Virus record (IMG/VR): IMGVR_UViG_3300022841_000019
Coordinates: 1-59,588 of that record
Length of the DNA stretch: 59,588 nt
Strand: one strand, 5' to 3'
Source of the DNA: a virus
Taxonomy: Duplodnaviria > Caudoviricetes
In this document: in pieces, positions 50,801-58,839 of the stretch
Numbering within the stretch: position 1 is the first letter of the stretch
Layout: the number at the start of each line of letters is the position of its first letter
Notes under the pieces: generated by a model
Databases searched by the model: none
The model's input: the letters and a program-made list of their open reading frames with translations, nothing else
Told to the model about the DNA's origin: nothing
Translations under genes and position numbers: made by a program

Positions 50801-51031
50801 TTAGTCTGTGATTAACACAGATCTAACACTCACTGGAATACTTGCGCTTGAAGTATACGATTTGTATTTCTCCCAACAATTCATACTGTTCAATTTATCT
50901 TTCATAACATCATATGCCTGGTCGTGATTATACTTCGATACATTACCATTTTTGAATGTAACTTCTATGATCTGATTTTGACCGATTAATGACTTTCTTA
51001 CTAAGAATCTTTTTGATTTTAAAATTTCCAT
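50801..51031 (-). CDS. early protein, paralog B
   Basis: Paralog of 50092-50328; first gene of the early arm. Confidence 0.75.
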   Translation of the reverse strand: MEILKSKRFLVRKSLIGQNQIIEVTFKNGNVSKYNHDQAYDVMKDKLNSMNCWEKYKSYTSSASIPVSVRSVLITD

Positions 51032-51074
51032 TTGACTTGATTTTATTATTATTATTATTATTTATATTCAACTA

Positions 51075-51104
51075 TATTATCTGATAGATGTTGTAGATTA
51101 TTTG
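51075..51104 (-). promoter_or_regulatory. phage early-type promoter P11
   Basis: CAAA-N5-TACA-N10-GATAATA. Confidence 0.65.
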
Positions 51105-51143
51105 AGGTTAAAATTTTGATTATTATTATTTTAATTACATAGA

Positions 51144-51173
51144 TATTATCTGAGACCAGCAGTAGAAAGCTTG
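51144..51173 (-). promoter_or_regulatory. phage early-type promoter P12
   Basis: CAAG-N5-TACT-N10-GATAATA. Confidence 0.6.
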
Positions 51174-51417
51174 TATGCTATACATTTTCCTACGGAAAAA
51201 GAAATGCGATCGCGATAGTAGTCTCGTAATAAAAACGTGAAATACATACCGAAAACGATAACAAAACGTGAAAAACCATACGATTACCGAAAAAACACAG
51301 GGGGACCCGGCAAATTGAAACGTATTTGGGTTTTGAAGCAGGAGCTCTACGGTAGAGGGCAACCCCCTAGTTCTAGACATTTAACAAAAATTTTTTAGAA
51401 AAAAATTACACCAGCAT

Positions 51418-51470
51418 AAAACTGTGACATTAGGCTATTAGATATATATAGTAAGGGGCTATTGTCACAC
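51418..51470 (+). repeat. TGTGACA-N33-TGTCACA element, copy 3
   Basis: AAAACTGTGACATTAGGCTATTAGATATATATAGTAAGGGGCTATTGTCACAC. Confidence 0.85.
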
Positions 51471-51527
51471 TGTTGGTCACTTGTAAGAGTTTTTATTAAC
51501 ATGTAAGTATTAAAGGTATAATAATAC

Positions 51528-51809
51528 ATGATTAAAATGGGTAAACAGAAATTAAGTCCTGTCGCTGCTAAAGCGAAAGCAGTTAGAGATTTAGCTTACG
51601 CTAACACAGATAATAGAAAAGCTAAGAGAGCGGATAGTCAGATGAAGAGGAGAGAAGCTGTGAAGAGTAAAGGGGTTGCTTTTTTAATAGGTAAGGATTA
51701 TGATCACAATACAGGTAAATTTGTGTCATCGTCACACAATAGAGGTGGTACGCAAAGCAAGAATAAGAAAGATGGTACAAAAGCGGAGTATAAGCAAAGC
51801 AAAAAATAA
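51528..51809 (+). CDS. small basic protein with minimal HNH-like motif
   Basis: KDYDH....VSSSHNRG; first gene of the late arm. Confidence 0.55.
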   Translation: MIKMGKQKLSPVAAKAKAVRDLAYANTDNRKAKRADSQMKRREAVKSKGVAFLIGKDYDHNTGKFVSSSHNRGGTQSKNKKDGTKAEYKQSKK

Positions 51810-51812
51810 AAC

Positions 51813-52550
51813 ATGGCAAAAATATCAAGTTACCCGTTAATTACTCCAAAAGCAAGTGATCTTATAGTGGTGACACAAACTTATGATCCTAATGCGGTTA
51901 ACCCTGTGCTTGGTAATCCGACTAAATCAGCAACCTTAGGATCAGTAGCCGATTTAATAGATTCATCCAGCAAGATTAGTAGTATCGGTTTAAGGTTCAC
52001 TTGGTCGTTGAACGATCCGTTGTATAGAGTAGCTTCAGCTCACATCGGAAGCGATGGAGCTTATAGTAAGTTAGGAGTAGATTTTGACAACTTAGTGTTA
52101 AATAGCGGTTCTACGTACAAATTATTAATAGAGAGAAACAAGAGACCTGGTATTAAAGGTGCTTTACCAGATTTGTTTACTAGATATAGAAAAGGTGGAT
52201 ATAAATCACCTAACACTACGCAGATATTACCAGCCCCTTATACGGATAGATTAAGCGAAATACCTATAACAGCTGTAACAGGTCAGTTGTTTGATTTTAG
52301 GTTTGATTTATTTTTCAGAGCAGGAGGAGATCACTTTCCTACGCCAGCTGGTTTTTCTTTAAAAATCTCATCTAATGGATCCTCAACATCTAACGTATCA
52401 AAAAAGCAACATATAGCTCTTAGAGTGCAAGAAACAACAAATGGCGTTGTGACTACCTCTAGTATATTAGGGGAATTGTCTTTGGTCGGTTCGTATTCAC
52501 AACACTTAGCTGAGAGTGAGATACGTAGGGTTACATTTAGATATAAATAA
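51813..52550 (+). CDS. putative virion accessory protein
   Basis: MAKISSYP...DL...TK N-terminus shared with the next ORF. Confidence 0.55.
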   Translation: MAKISSYPLITPKASDLIVVTQTYDPNAVNPVLGNPTKSATLGSVADLIDSSSKISSIGLRFTWSLNDPLYRVASAHIGSDGAYSKLGVDFDNLVLNSGSTYKLLIERNKRPGIKGALPDLFTRYRKGGYKSPNTTQILPAPYTDRLSEIPITAVTGQLFDFRFDLFFRAGGDHFPTPAGFSLKISSNGSSTSNVSKKQHIALRVQETTNGVVTTSSILGELSLVGSYSQHLAESEIRRVTFRYK

Positions 52551-52574
52551 TACACATAAAATTGAGTATCTAAT

Positions 52575-52688
52575 AAGTCGCCCAATGGGGTGGCGCAAGC
52601 GGGAACCCTAGCGGGATCTCACAGGGGTGCTCTCTAATATGTAAATTCCTTTCCAATATATAGAACACTAATGTTTTGTGTGTGGGAA
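52575..52688 (+). ncRNA. structured intergenic RNA element
   Basis: GTCGCCC-AATG-GGGTGGC, GGGAACCC-TAGC-GGGATCTC and a 12-bp hairpin with four G-U pairs. Confidence 0.4.
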
Positions 52689-52706
52689 AATTAATTAAAC
52701 AATACG

Positions 52707-53288
52707 ATGGCAATAATAGATACATACCCTATAAACTTAACGGTTGCTCTAACTGATATACTAATAGGTTCGGACGGAACAAACCGTACAACTAAGAATT
52801 TCATAGTAAGTGACTTATTGGATTTGAAAGGTGAAGGAACACCTAAGCAAATTCTAATGTGGTCGCCTACAGGAACTGAATTAGTGGATTCCCCTTTGAG
52901 AGTAGCTACAACTGGAGGTGGACATAACCAAGTTATCCTTGATAATACTGATAGATTTATAATAGATAAGCTTTCCACATCGACAGCAGGTGATCCAGAA
53001 TACCTTATAACTCAAGATGGTAACTATAAGTTCAGCATGGGGTGGGATGACGATGGTGGAGGATTCGGTTATCTATACAACTGGTCTGGAGCAGGAATTA
53101 AACTTGGATCAGCAGGTAACAACCCTGTTTTAGAGATACTAACCTCAGGAATACCTAAGGTAGAAGTGTCTGGAGGGCTATCAGTTAGCGAGATTACCGA
53201 GTACACAGATAACACAGCAGCTATAGCAGCAGGTTTAACAACTGGAGCATTTTATAGAACTGGTGACTTGTTAAAAATAGTACATTAG
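52707..53288 (+). CDS. putative fibre/decoration protein
   Basis: MAIIDTYP N-terminus; C-terminal Y.DN.AA.AAGL..G.FYRTG..LKIV motif of phage fibre proteins. Confidence 0.55.
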   Translation: MAIIDTYPINLTVALTDILIGSDGTNRTTKNFIVSDLLDLKGEGTPKQILMWSPTGTELVDSPLRVATTGGGHNQVILDNTDRFIIDKLSTSTAGDPEYLITQDGNYKFSMGWDDDGGGFGYLYNWSGAGIKLGSAGNNPVLEILTSGIPKVEVSGGLSVSEITEYTDNTAAIAAGLTTGAFYRTGDLLKIVH

Positions 53289-53367
53289 TAGAATACGGAG
53301 TAAAAATACCCTAATCCGAGTAATGATAACCATATAGTAACAAATCAAATTTAATTAAATAAAAAAA

Positions 53368-54909
53368 ATGACAGATAAGATAGTTAAAAACCTAAACTTT
53401 GGAGACGAAGCCAAGGTAAAGATATTTGAAGGAATAAACAAACTCACGAAAGCAGTAGGATCTACTTTAGGGCCAAGCGGGCAATGCGTGATACTAGAAG
53501 ATTCAAACGGTAGACCAATAATCACTAAAGATGGTGTTACCGTAGCTGATTCAATAACACTGTTAGACCCAGTGGAAAATATGGGTGCTACGCTTCTAAA
53601 GGAAGCTGCTAGAAAAACTGTAAGAGAAGCTGGAGACGGAACAACAACAGCTACAGTACTAGCACACTCTATATTAAGTAAAGCCTACGAGGCGTCAAAG
53701 TCGCATAATATAAGGGTCATTAAAAATGGTATTGATTCAGCTGTAGAAAAGGTTATTAGTTACTTAGAGAGCAAAGCTGTTAAAGTTGAGGGAGACATGT
53801 TAGATGACGTAGCTTCTATCTCTTGTAATAATGACAAAGAATTAGGTTCCATTATTGGAGCCGCGTTTAAAGAAGCTGGTGAAAATGGTGTAGTTACAAT
53901 GGAGACTACAGACGCTGAGCGGACAACATTTGAGTTAGTTAATGGAGTGCAGTACGATAAAGGATTAACTAATTCACATTTTATAACAAGCATCGACAAA
54001 AGAGTTGCAGAATTAGAAAAACCTCTTGTGCTACTATTGGAATCACCTGTAGATTCAATCAGGCAAATTCAATCAGTTTTAGAGTATGTTATTCAGAACA
54101 ATAAACCGCTTTTGATTATTGGAGATTTAGATCCTAAGGTTATGTCTACTTTAGCTATGAACAAAGTGAAGGGTAACATAAAGATAAACGTAATCAGTGC
54201 ACCGACATACGGTATCAATAAGAAAGACATGCTATCTGATTTATCTATACTAACCGGAGCTACTATTATAAACGAAGACCTAGGCGATGATTTAGATGTA
54301 ATAAAACCTGAGTTGTTAGGTACATGTTATAAGTCTGTAACTAGTGATTACGAAACTATACTTCAGGTAGATAACGATACTGATGAAATTAATACTTTAA
54401 TAGCCGAGGTTAAATCTCAGTTAGAATCTTCTAAGTCACCTGGTGATGTAATTAGGTTAGAAAAAAGATTAGCTAGACTATCTGGTAAAGTAGCAGTTGT
54501 TCAAGTTGGATCAAATTCTGAAATAGAACTAAAAGAAAAAGCAGATAGAGTTGAAGACGCTATATGCGCTACTAAAGCCGCTATAAAGGAAGGTATATTA
54601 CCTGGAGGCGGTGTTGCTTTGCTAGACGCTATGAGAGCTATAAAAGCAGAGAATATAGGCGAAGAAATATTGCTAGAAGCTATCAAGGCTCCTTATGAAA
54701 AGATAATGAGTAATGCTGGTATTGAAAATCTTTTACCAACCGAGTATGGCTTTGGTATAGACGCTATATCTGGCCTGATGATAGACATGATTAAGTCAGG
54801 AATTATTGATCCATTGCTAGTTACTAAAAGCGCTCTTAAAAACGCTGCGTCAGTTGCTACAACTATATTATCAACAGACTGTGTAATTAACAACTTAAGA
54901 ATTACATAA
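53368..54909 (+). CDS. groEL: phage-encoded chaperonin GroEL
   Basis: TLGP.G, ITKDGVTVA, GDGTTTATVLA, RVEDA, GGGVA, IIDP; no GGM tail. Confidence 0.97.
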   Translation: MTDKIVKNLNFGDEAKVKIFEGINKLTKAVGSTLGPSGQCVILEDSNGRPIITKDGVTVADSITLLDPVENMGATLLKEAARKTVREAGDGTTTATVLAHSILSKAYEASKSHNIRVIKNGIDSAVEKVISYLESKAVKVEGDMLDDVASISCNNDKELGSIIGAAFKEAGENGVVTMETTDAERTTFELVNGVQYDKGLTNSHFITSIDKRVAELEKPLVLLLESPVDSIRQIQSVLEYVIQNNKPLLIIGDLDPKVMSTLAMNKVKGNIKINVISAPTYGINKKDMLSDLSILTGATIINEDLGDDLDVIKPELLGTCYKSVTSDYETILQVDNDTDEINTLIAEVKSQLESSKSPGDVIRLEKRLARLSGKVAVVQVGSNSEIELKEKADRVEDAICATKAAIKEGILPGGGVALLDAMRAIKAENIGEEILLEAIKAPYEKIMSNAGIENLLPTEYGFGIDAISGLMIDMIKSGIIDPLLVTKSALKNAASVATTILSTDCVINNLRIT

Positions 54910-55172
54910 TGAAAGCTGTAGGTAACAATATACTAATAAAAAAAGCAAAAGAAGAAACCATCTCTAAAACAGAGGGTGGTTTGCTTTTGACAGGTAAACA
55001 AAAGCAAGACTTAAGATATAAACAAGCTACAGTTGTAAACTATGGCGATTTAGTTCAAGGCATTAAAGAAGGTGATGAGATCTATTACGATATGCATGCT
55101 GGACATAGAATTGAAATAGACAATGATGTTCTTTACGTTATAACAATAAGAGATGTTGTTGTTGTGTTATGA
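54909..55172 (+). CDS. groES: co-chaperonin GroES
   Basis: MKAVGNNILIK...KTEGGLLL...IKEGDEI...DVV; coupled to groEL. Confidence 0.9.
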   Translation: MKAVGNNILIKKAKEETISKTEGGLLLTGKQKQDLRYKQATVVNYGDLVQGIKEGDEIYYDMHAGHRIEIDNDVLYVITIRDVVVVL

Positions 55173-55612
55173 GACTAAGCGCTGGTGAAATAAGAGATAT
55201 AAATCTTTTAAAACATTACAGAATAATACGAAAATGGGCGTGTAAAAATAACGCTTTAAACGACGCAGATTTAGAATTACTTATATATCTAGACTGTACA
55301 GACATGTTTACCAAAGAAGACTTTAAAATAGGGACTTACTCTTATAGTTGGGATAACAGAAGATGGAACAGGTTGCTTAAGGAAGAATGGATAACTGTAT
55401 GGAGAAAAAGAAATAGAACAACACAAAAGTTCCACATATACAAAGTATCTTTTAAAGGCAAGCAACTAATAAGTAGAGTTTATAGAATGATGCTAGGCCA
55501 AGAAGATATACCCACTAGTACTAAAAGAAATAGTATTATGAAAGGTAGAACATACACAGACAAAGTATTAATTACTTCTATAGAAAACGTTAATAAAGAT
55601 AAAACTAGATAA
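55169..55612 (+). CDS. putative winged-helix protein
   Basis: L...DLELLIYL...RLLKEEWI...Y.VS.KG pattern. Confidence 0.5.
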   Translation: MRLSAGEIRDINLLKHYRIIRKWACKNNALNDADLELLIYLDCTDMFTKEDFKIGTYSYSWDNRRWNRLLKEEWITVWRKRNRTTQKFHIYKVSFKGKQLISRVYRMMLGQEDIPTSTKRNSIMKGRTYTDKVLITSIENVNKDKTR

Positions 55613-55613
55613 A

Positions 55614-55835
55614 ATGCAAAACGAATTAATGAGCGCAAACCCAGTAACAGATGCCCCAGTTGAATACACTACACAGTTACCAATACCTGCTAACGAACTA
55701 GGTAATGCTAAACCAGTATTTAATCAAAGTCAACAAACCGCTGCTCAAGGGGTTTTTGGGGATTCAAATCAGAGACAAAGTTCTCTAGGTGGTAATGCGC
55801 CATTATTTAAAAAATCTTGCGGAAACTGTAAATAA
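55614..55835 (+). CDS. small late protein
   Basis: 73 aa. Confidence 0.5.
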   Translation: MQNELMSANPVTDAPVEYTTQLPIPANELGNAKPVFNQSQQTAAQGVFGDSNQRQSSLGGNAPLFKKSCGNCK

Positions 55836-55842
55836 CAAAAAA

Positions 55843-56049
55843 ATGAAAGACATGGATAAACAATCAGGCGGGCAAGTTGGTGAAAACACTTTATGGGATG
55901 GGCCACTTAGTCAAGCAAATAGACCTCACGGTCAAGGATCAAGTTCTGGATCAAAAGGTATGAAGCTAAAGTTAATGCAGCCTTGTGGTTGTATTAGTAG
56001 CTGCTCTTGTACTATTTCAATACCTATAACTTCTAGAGCAAAAGGATAA
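55843..56049 (+). CDS. small late protein
   Basis: Start MKDMD; WDGPL motif, Cys-rich tail. Confidence 0.5.
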   Translation: MKDMDKQSGGQVGENTLWDGPLSQANRPHGQGSSSGSKGMKLKLMQPCGCISSCSCTISIPITSRAKG

Positions 56050-56051
56050 CC

Positions 56052-56327
56052 GTGGCAGCTAAAGCTAATAAGTCTGAAATGGCTTGCAACTCTCCTAAGA
56101 GAACTTCGGGGCATCCTAAGAAATCGCACATCGTAAAAGCTTGCTTAGGTAGTGTTGAAAAGATTATTAGATTCGGAGAGCAAGGAGCTAGTACCGCGGG
56201 TAAACCGAAAGAAGGTGAGTCTGACAAAATGAAAGCTAAGAGAGCTTCGTTTAAAGCAAGGCACGGTAAAAATATAGCTAAAGGTAAAATGTCTGCAGCG
56301 TATTGGGCTGATAAAGTTAAATGGTAG
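56052..56327 (+). CDS. small basic phage protein
   Basis: IIRFG.QG...RASFKARH...SAAYWA motif; GTG start. Confidence 0.65.
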   Translation: MAAKANKSEMACNSPKRTSGHPKKSHIVKACLGSVEKIIRFGEQGASTAGKPKEGESDKMKAKRASFKARHGKNIAKGKMSAAYWADKVKW

Positions 56328-56330
56328 AAT

Positions 56331-56645
56331 ATGGCATATAGAATGAAACTTGGTAGAATTTCTATAGATAACACACCTATATATTTAGTCGACACTGGAG
56401 ATGGTGTTATGGGTCAAGCTACTAAAAATGGTTCTATATTACTAGATAAAAACTTAAGTAAGCAAGATCAGAAAGATGTTATAAGTCACGAGAAGGTTCA
56501 TTTAAACCAAATGAAAAGAGGTGATCTAGATTATGATGACGATTATGTTTACTGGAAGGGAAAAAAACACTCAAGATCATCTATGGACGAAGGCAATAAA
56601 AACCTACCTTGGGAGCGAGAGGCTTACAAATACTCAAAAAAGTAA
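56331..56645 (+). CDS. small zincin-like metallopeptidase
   Basis: SHEKVH (HExxH) and LPWE.EAY. Confidence 0.7.
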   Translation: MAYRMKLGRISIDNTPIYLVDTGDGVMGQATKNGSILLDKNLSKQDQKDVISHEKVHLNQMKRGDLDYDDDYVYWKGKKHSRSSMDEGNKNLPWEREAYKYSKK

Positions 56646-56667
56646 AAAAACAATTAAATCAAGTATA

Positions 56668-57012
56668 ATGAGAAAATTAGTAATAACAGTATTAATATTA
56701 TTCTGCTTCAATAACTTAAGATCGCAGGAGCAATTTAACGGTATTTGGCACAGTGAAGATTCGTCTTACTTAACTTTTTTGCTTTGCAACAGTAGCGAGT
56801 GTTTAGAAGCTTTAAATATAAGCTTAGATGAACATAGAAGCATAAAAGAGAATATAATAAAGAAAAAAAAAGACACTTTATTTACAAGTCTTTATAATAA
56901 AAAAAATAAATATTCAGTTAGTATAAAGTATTATTTAAAAAGTAAAGACACTTTGATTAGCGAATACAGTGGAGATTTAAAAAAGAAAATAATACTAACA
57001 AAAATAATTTAA
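56668..57012 (+). CDS. secreted/periplasmic protein
   Basis: Signal peptide MRKLVITVLILFCF...SQ, then F.G.W. Confidence 0.5.
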   Translation: MRKLVITVLILFCFNNLRSQEQFNGIWHSEDSSYLTFLLCNSSECLEALNISLDEHRSIKENIIKKKKDTLFTSLYNKKNKYSVSIKYYLKSKDTLISEYSGDLKKKIILTKII

Positions 57013-57015
57013 AAA

Positions 57016-57351
57016 ATGAACGCACCTTTTAAAATGAAACCAGGTAGAGGCAATCTACCTAAAACAGGTAAAGATATTCCTTTAAATATGAAATCCCCTA
57101 CTTATCAAACAGATCCAGATCCAAAAACAGGTGCTGAAAAAGCTAAAATTGGTGAAGTTCCTGGTATAGATGAATTAAAAGAGAGGTTTAAAGGCAAGTA
57201 TACAGTAAGAGCTAAAGAAGGTAAAACTAATGAATACTCTTTATCTGATAAACTAGGCGGAAGCGTTAGCTATAGCCCAGGAGCTAAAGTAGAGGACAAG
57301 GGCAAGGATATCGCTTTCATTATAAAAAATTCGTTGAAAAAAAATAAATAA
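57016..57351 (+). CDS. small basic late protein
   Basis: 111 aa, MNAPFKMK. Confidence 0.55.
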   Translation: MNAPFKMKPGRGNLPKTGKDIPLNMKSPTYQTDPDPKTGAEKAKIGEVPGIDELKERFKGKYTVRAKEGKTNEYSLSDKLGGSVSYSPGAKVEDKGKDIAFIIKNSLKKNK

Positions 57352-57382
57352 GCTTTTTCAGTTTGTTTAAACTATACTTAAC

Positions 57383-57577
57383 ATGAGCAGAAAAGAAAGA
57401 TTAGACTTGTTTCTATCAAGGTGGATAAGTAGAAAACTAACAGTATTTATGATTGCTTCCGTTGCTTTATTCAGCGGAAGTATTCAATCTAATGACTGGG
57501 TTATAGTTGCTACGGCTTATATATCTTTACAAGGAATAACTGATATTGTTGAAAGATTATATAATGCTAAAAAATGA
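57383..57577 (+). CDS. putative holin
   Basis: SRKL followed by two hydrophobic helices and YI..QG..D; adjacent to lysis genes. Confidence 0.6.
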   Translation: MSRKERLDLFLSRWISRKLTVFMIASVALFSGSIQSNDWVIVATAYISLQGITDIVERLYNAKK

Positions 57578-57741
57578 ATATAGAAGATTTTAAATTATAT
57601 ACGTTAAACGCTTCTGCGTTAGCTGTTTCTTTTACAGGAGCGGAAAGAGCTTTAAAAATATTGCTATTATGTGTTTCAATAGTTTATACAGTTTTAAAAA
57701 TCATTGAAATGAATAAACTAAATAAAGATGAAACTAAGTAA
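57574..57741 (+). CDS. putative holin/antiholin (55 aa)
   Basis: MNIEDFKLYTLNASALAVSFTGAERALKILLLCVSIVYTVLKII..., hydrophobic; translated by hand. Confidence 0.55.
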   Translation: MNIEDFKLYTLNASALAVSFTGAERALKILLLCVSIVYTVLKIIEMNKLNKDETK

Positions 57742-57889
57742 AAATTTTAGTAAGTAAGAATTTGATAGTGGTGACGGAGCGGAAATGCCTGCTAAGGTTT
57801 TAGTTAATATTAAAAAGCTAGTTCACACTTTGCAGATTATTAGAGACACAATTGGTAAGACAATAGATATTGTTAGACAAAGAAAAGAA
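57728..57889 (+). pseudogene. truncated peptidase M15A-type endolysin remnant
   Basis: MKLSKNFSK*EFDSGDGAEMP..VL.NI..L...LQIIRD.IGK.I; in-frame TAA at 57755-57757; breaks before the SGYR catalytic part. Confidence 0.7.
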
Positions 57890-58372
57890 ATGATTACAAA
57901 AGTATCAAAAGAATTACTAGACTTCTTGAAGGAGTTTGAGAGTTTTGTAGGCAAACCTTATTTATGCCCAGCTAATGTACCCACTATTGGTTATGGTACT
58001 ACGTATTATTTTGACACAAAAAAACGTGTTACAATGGCTGATAAGCCTATTAGCGAAGATGAAGCTCTAAGATTAAAGTTAGGTCATATTAATAAAGTAT
58101 TTGCACCTTTAGTAAATAAACTTTGTAGAAACGACTTAAAACAAAACGAGTTTGACGCTTTGGTTTCTTTTGTTTACAATGCAGGAGCAACTTATATTTC
58201 TAAAAATGGAACTAAGAAATATTATAATTTATTTAGAAACGTAAATACAAAGTTAAGCGGAAAAGAAATGTTTAATTATTGGTCAAATTGTGCAGTAACA
58301 GGTGGTGGCATTAGATTAAATGGATTAATACGTAGACGTAAACGAGAAGTTGAAATGTATTTAAAACAATAA
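57890..58372 (+). CDS. endolysin, GH24 phage lysozyme
   Basis: E-x8-C-x5-T triad (ESFVGKPYLCPANVPTIGYG), QNEFDALVSFVYN.G, GL.RRR..E. Confidence 0.92.
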   Translation: MITKVSKELLDFLKEFESFVGKPYLCPANVPTIGYGTTYYFDTKKRVTMADKPISEDEALRLKLGHINKVFAPLVNKLCRNDLKQNEFDALVSFVYNAGATYISKNGTKKYYNLFRNVNTKLSGKEMFNYWSNCAVTGGGIRLNGLIRRRKREVEMYLKQ

Positions 58373-58374
58373 CA

Positions 58375-58818
58375 ATGAAGCTACAAAACAAATCTTACAT
58401 ATTTTTGCTTTTATTTTTTTTTATCGGTTGTAACGCTTCAAAATCTACTATTGAGTATAAAGAGCGTATTGTCAAAGATACAATTATACAAACAAAAAAA
58501 GAAATATTAGTAGAAAGATTTACTGATACATTAACAATAAAAGAACCTTGTGATAGCTTAGGTAATTTAAAGCCATTTAAGCAAGTTATTTCCACTAACC
58601 AAGGTAAAGTGTCTATACAAGGAAAAAACAACCTTATAACAGCTGAAATTGACTTAAAAGAATACAGAAAGATTTGGGAGACTGAATACAAAAGTAAATT
58701 AGATAAAAATACAGTAATTAAAGAAAAAGAAGTTATTCGCTATAAGATACCAATCTGGATAATATTACTATGCCCTATTTTATATGGCTTAGGTTATATA
58801 ACTAGTAGGTTTAACTAA
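58375..58818 (+). CDS. unimolecular spanin (u-spanin)
   Basis: N-terminal lipobox FFIG-C plus C-terminal TM helix, directly after the endolysin. Confidence 0.75.
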   Translation: MKLQNKSYIFLLLFFFIGCNASKSTIEYKERIVKDTIIQTKKEILVERFTDTLTIKEPCDSLGNLKPFKQVISTNQGKVSIQGKNNLITAEIDLKEYRKIWETEYKSKLDKNTVIKEKEVIRYKIPIWIILLCPILYGLGYITSRFN

Positions 58819-58839
58819 AAATAAATAAAAACAATAAAT

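Noticed and set aside
37836-51173. CRISPR array or mini-array from the recurring TATTATC...CGTA repeat
   Set aside because: Copies are dispersed, degenerate and each sits upstream of a gene; no regular spacers and no cas genes
53368-55172. Host chromosomal contamination or prophage boundary at groEL/groES
   Set aside because: Order is groEL then groES, no GGM tail, embedded among coupled phage late genes; no integrase or att site seen
57755-57757. Stop-codon reassignment as in some crAss-like phages
   Set aside because: Single in-frame TAA in a truncated remnant; other genes are intact under code 11, all three stops are used as true ends, and the tRNA is not a suppressor
1108-58691. Many antisense or nested ORFs in the track (e.g. 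22982-23308, 39502-39942, 51135-51380, 56033-56395)
   Set aside because: Shadow frames of real genes or of regulatory DNA, with S/L/F-rich composition and no motifs
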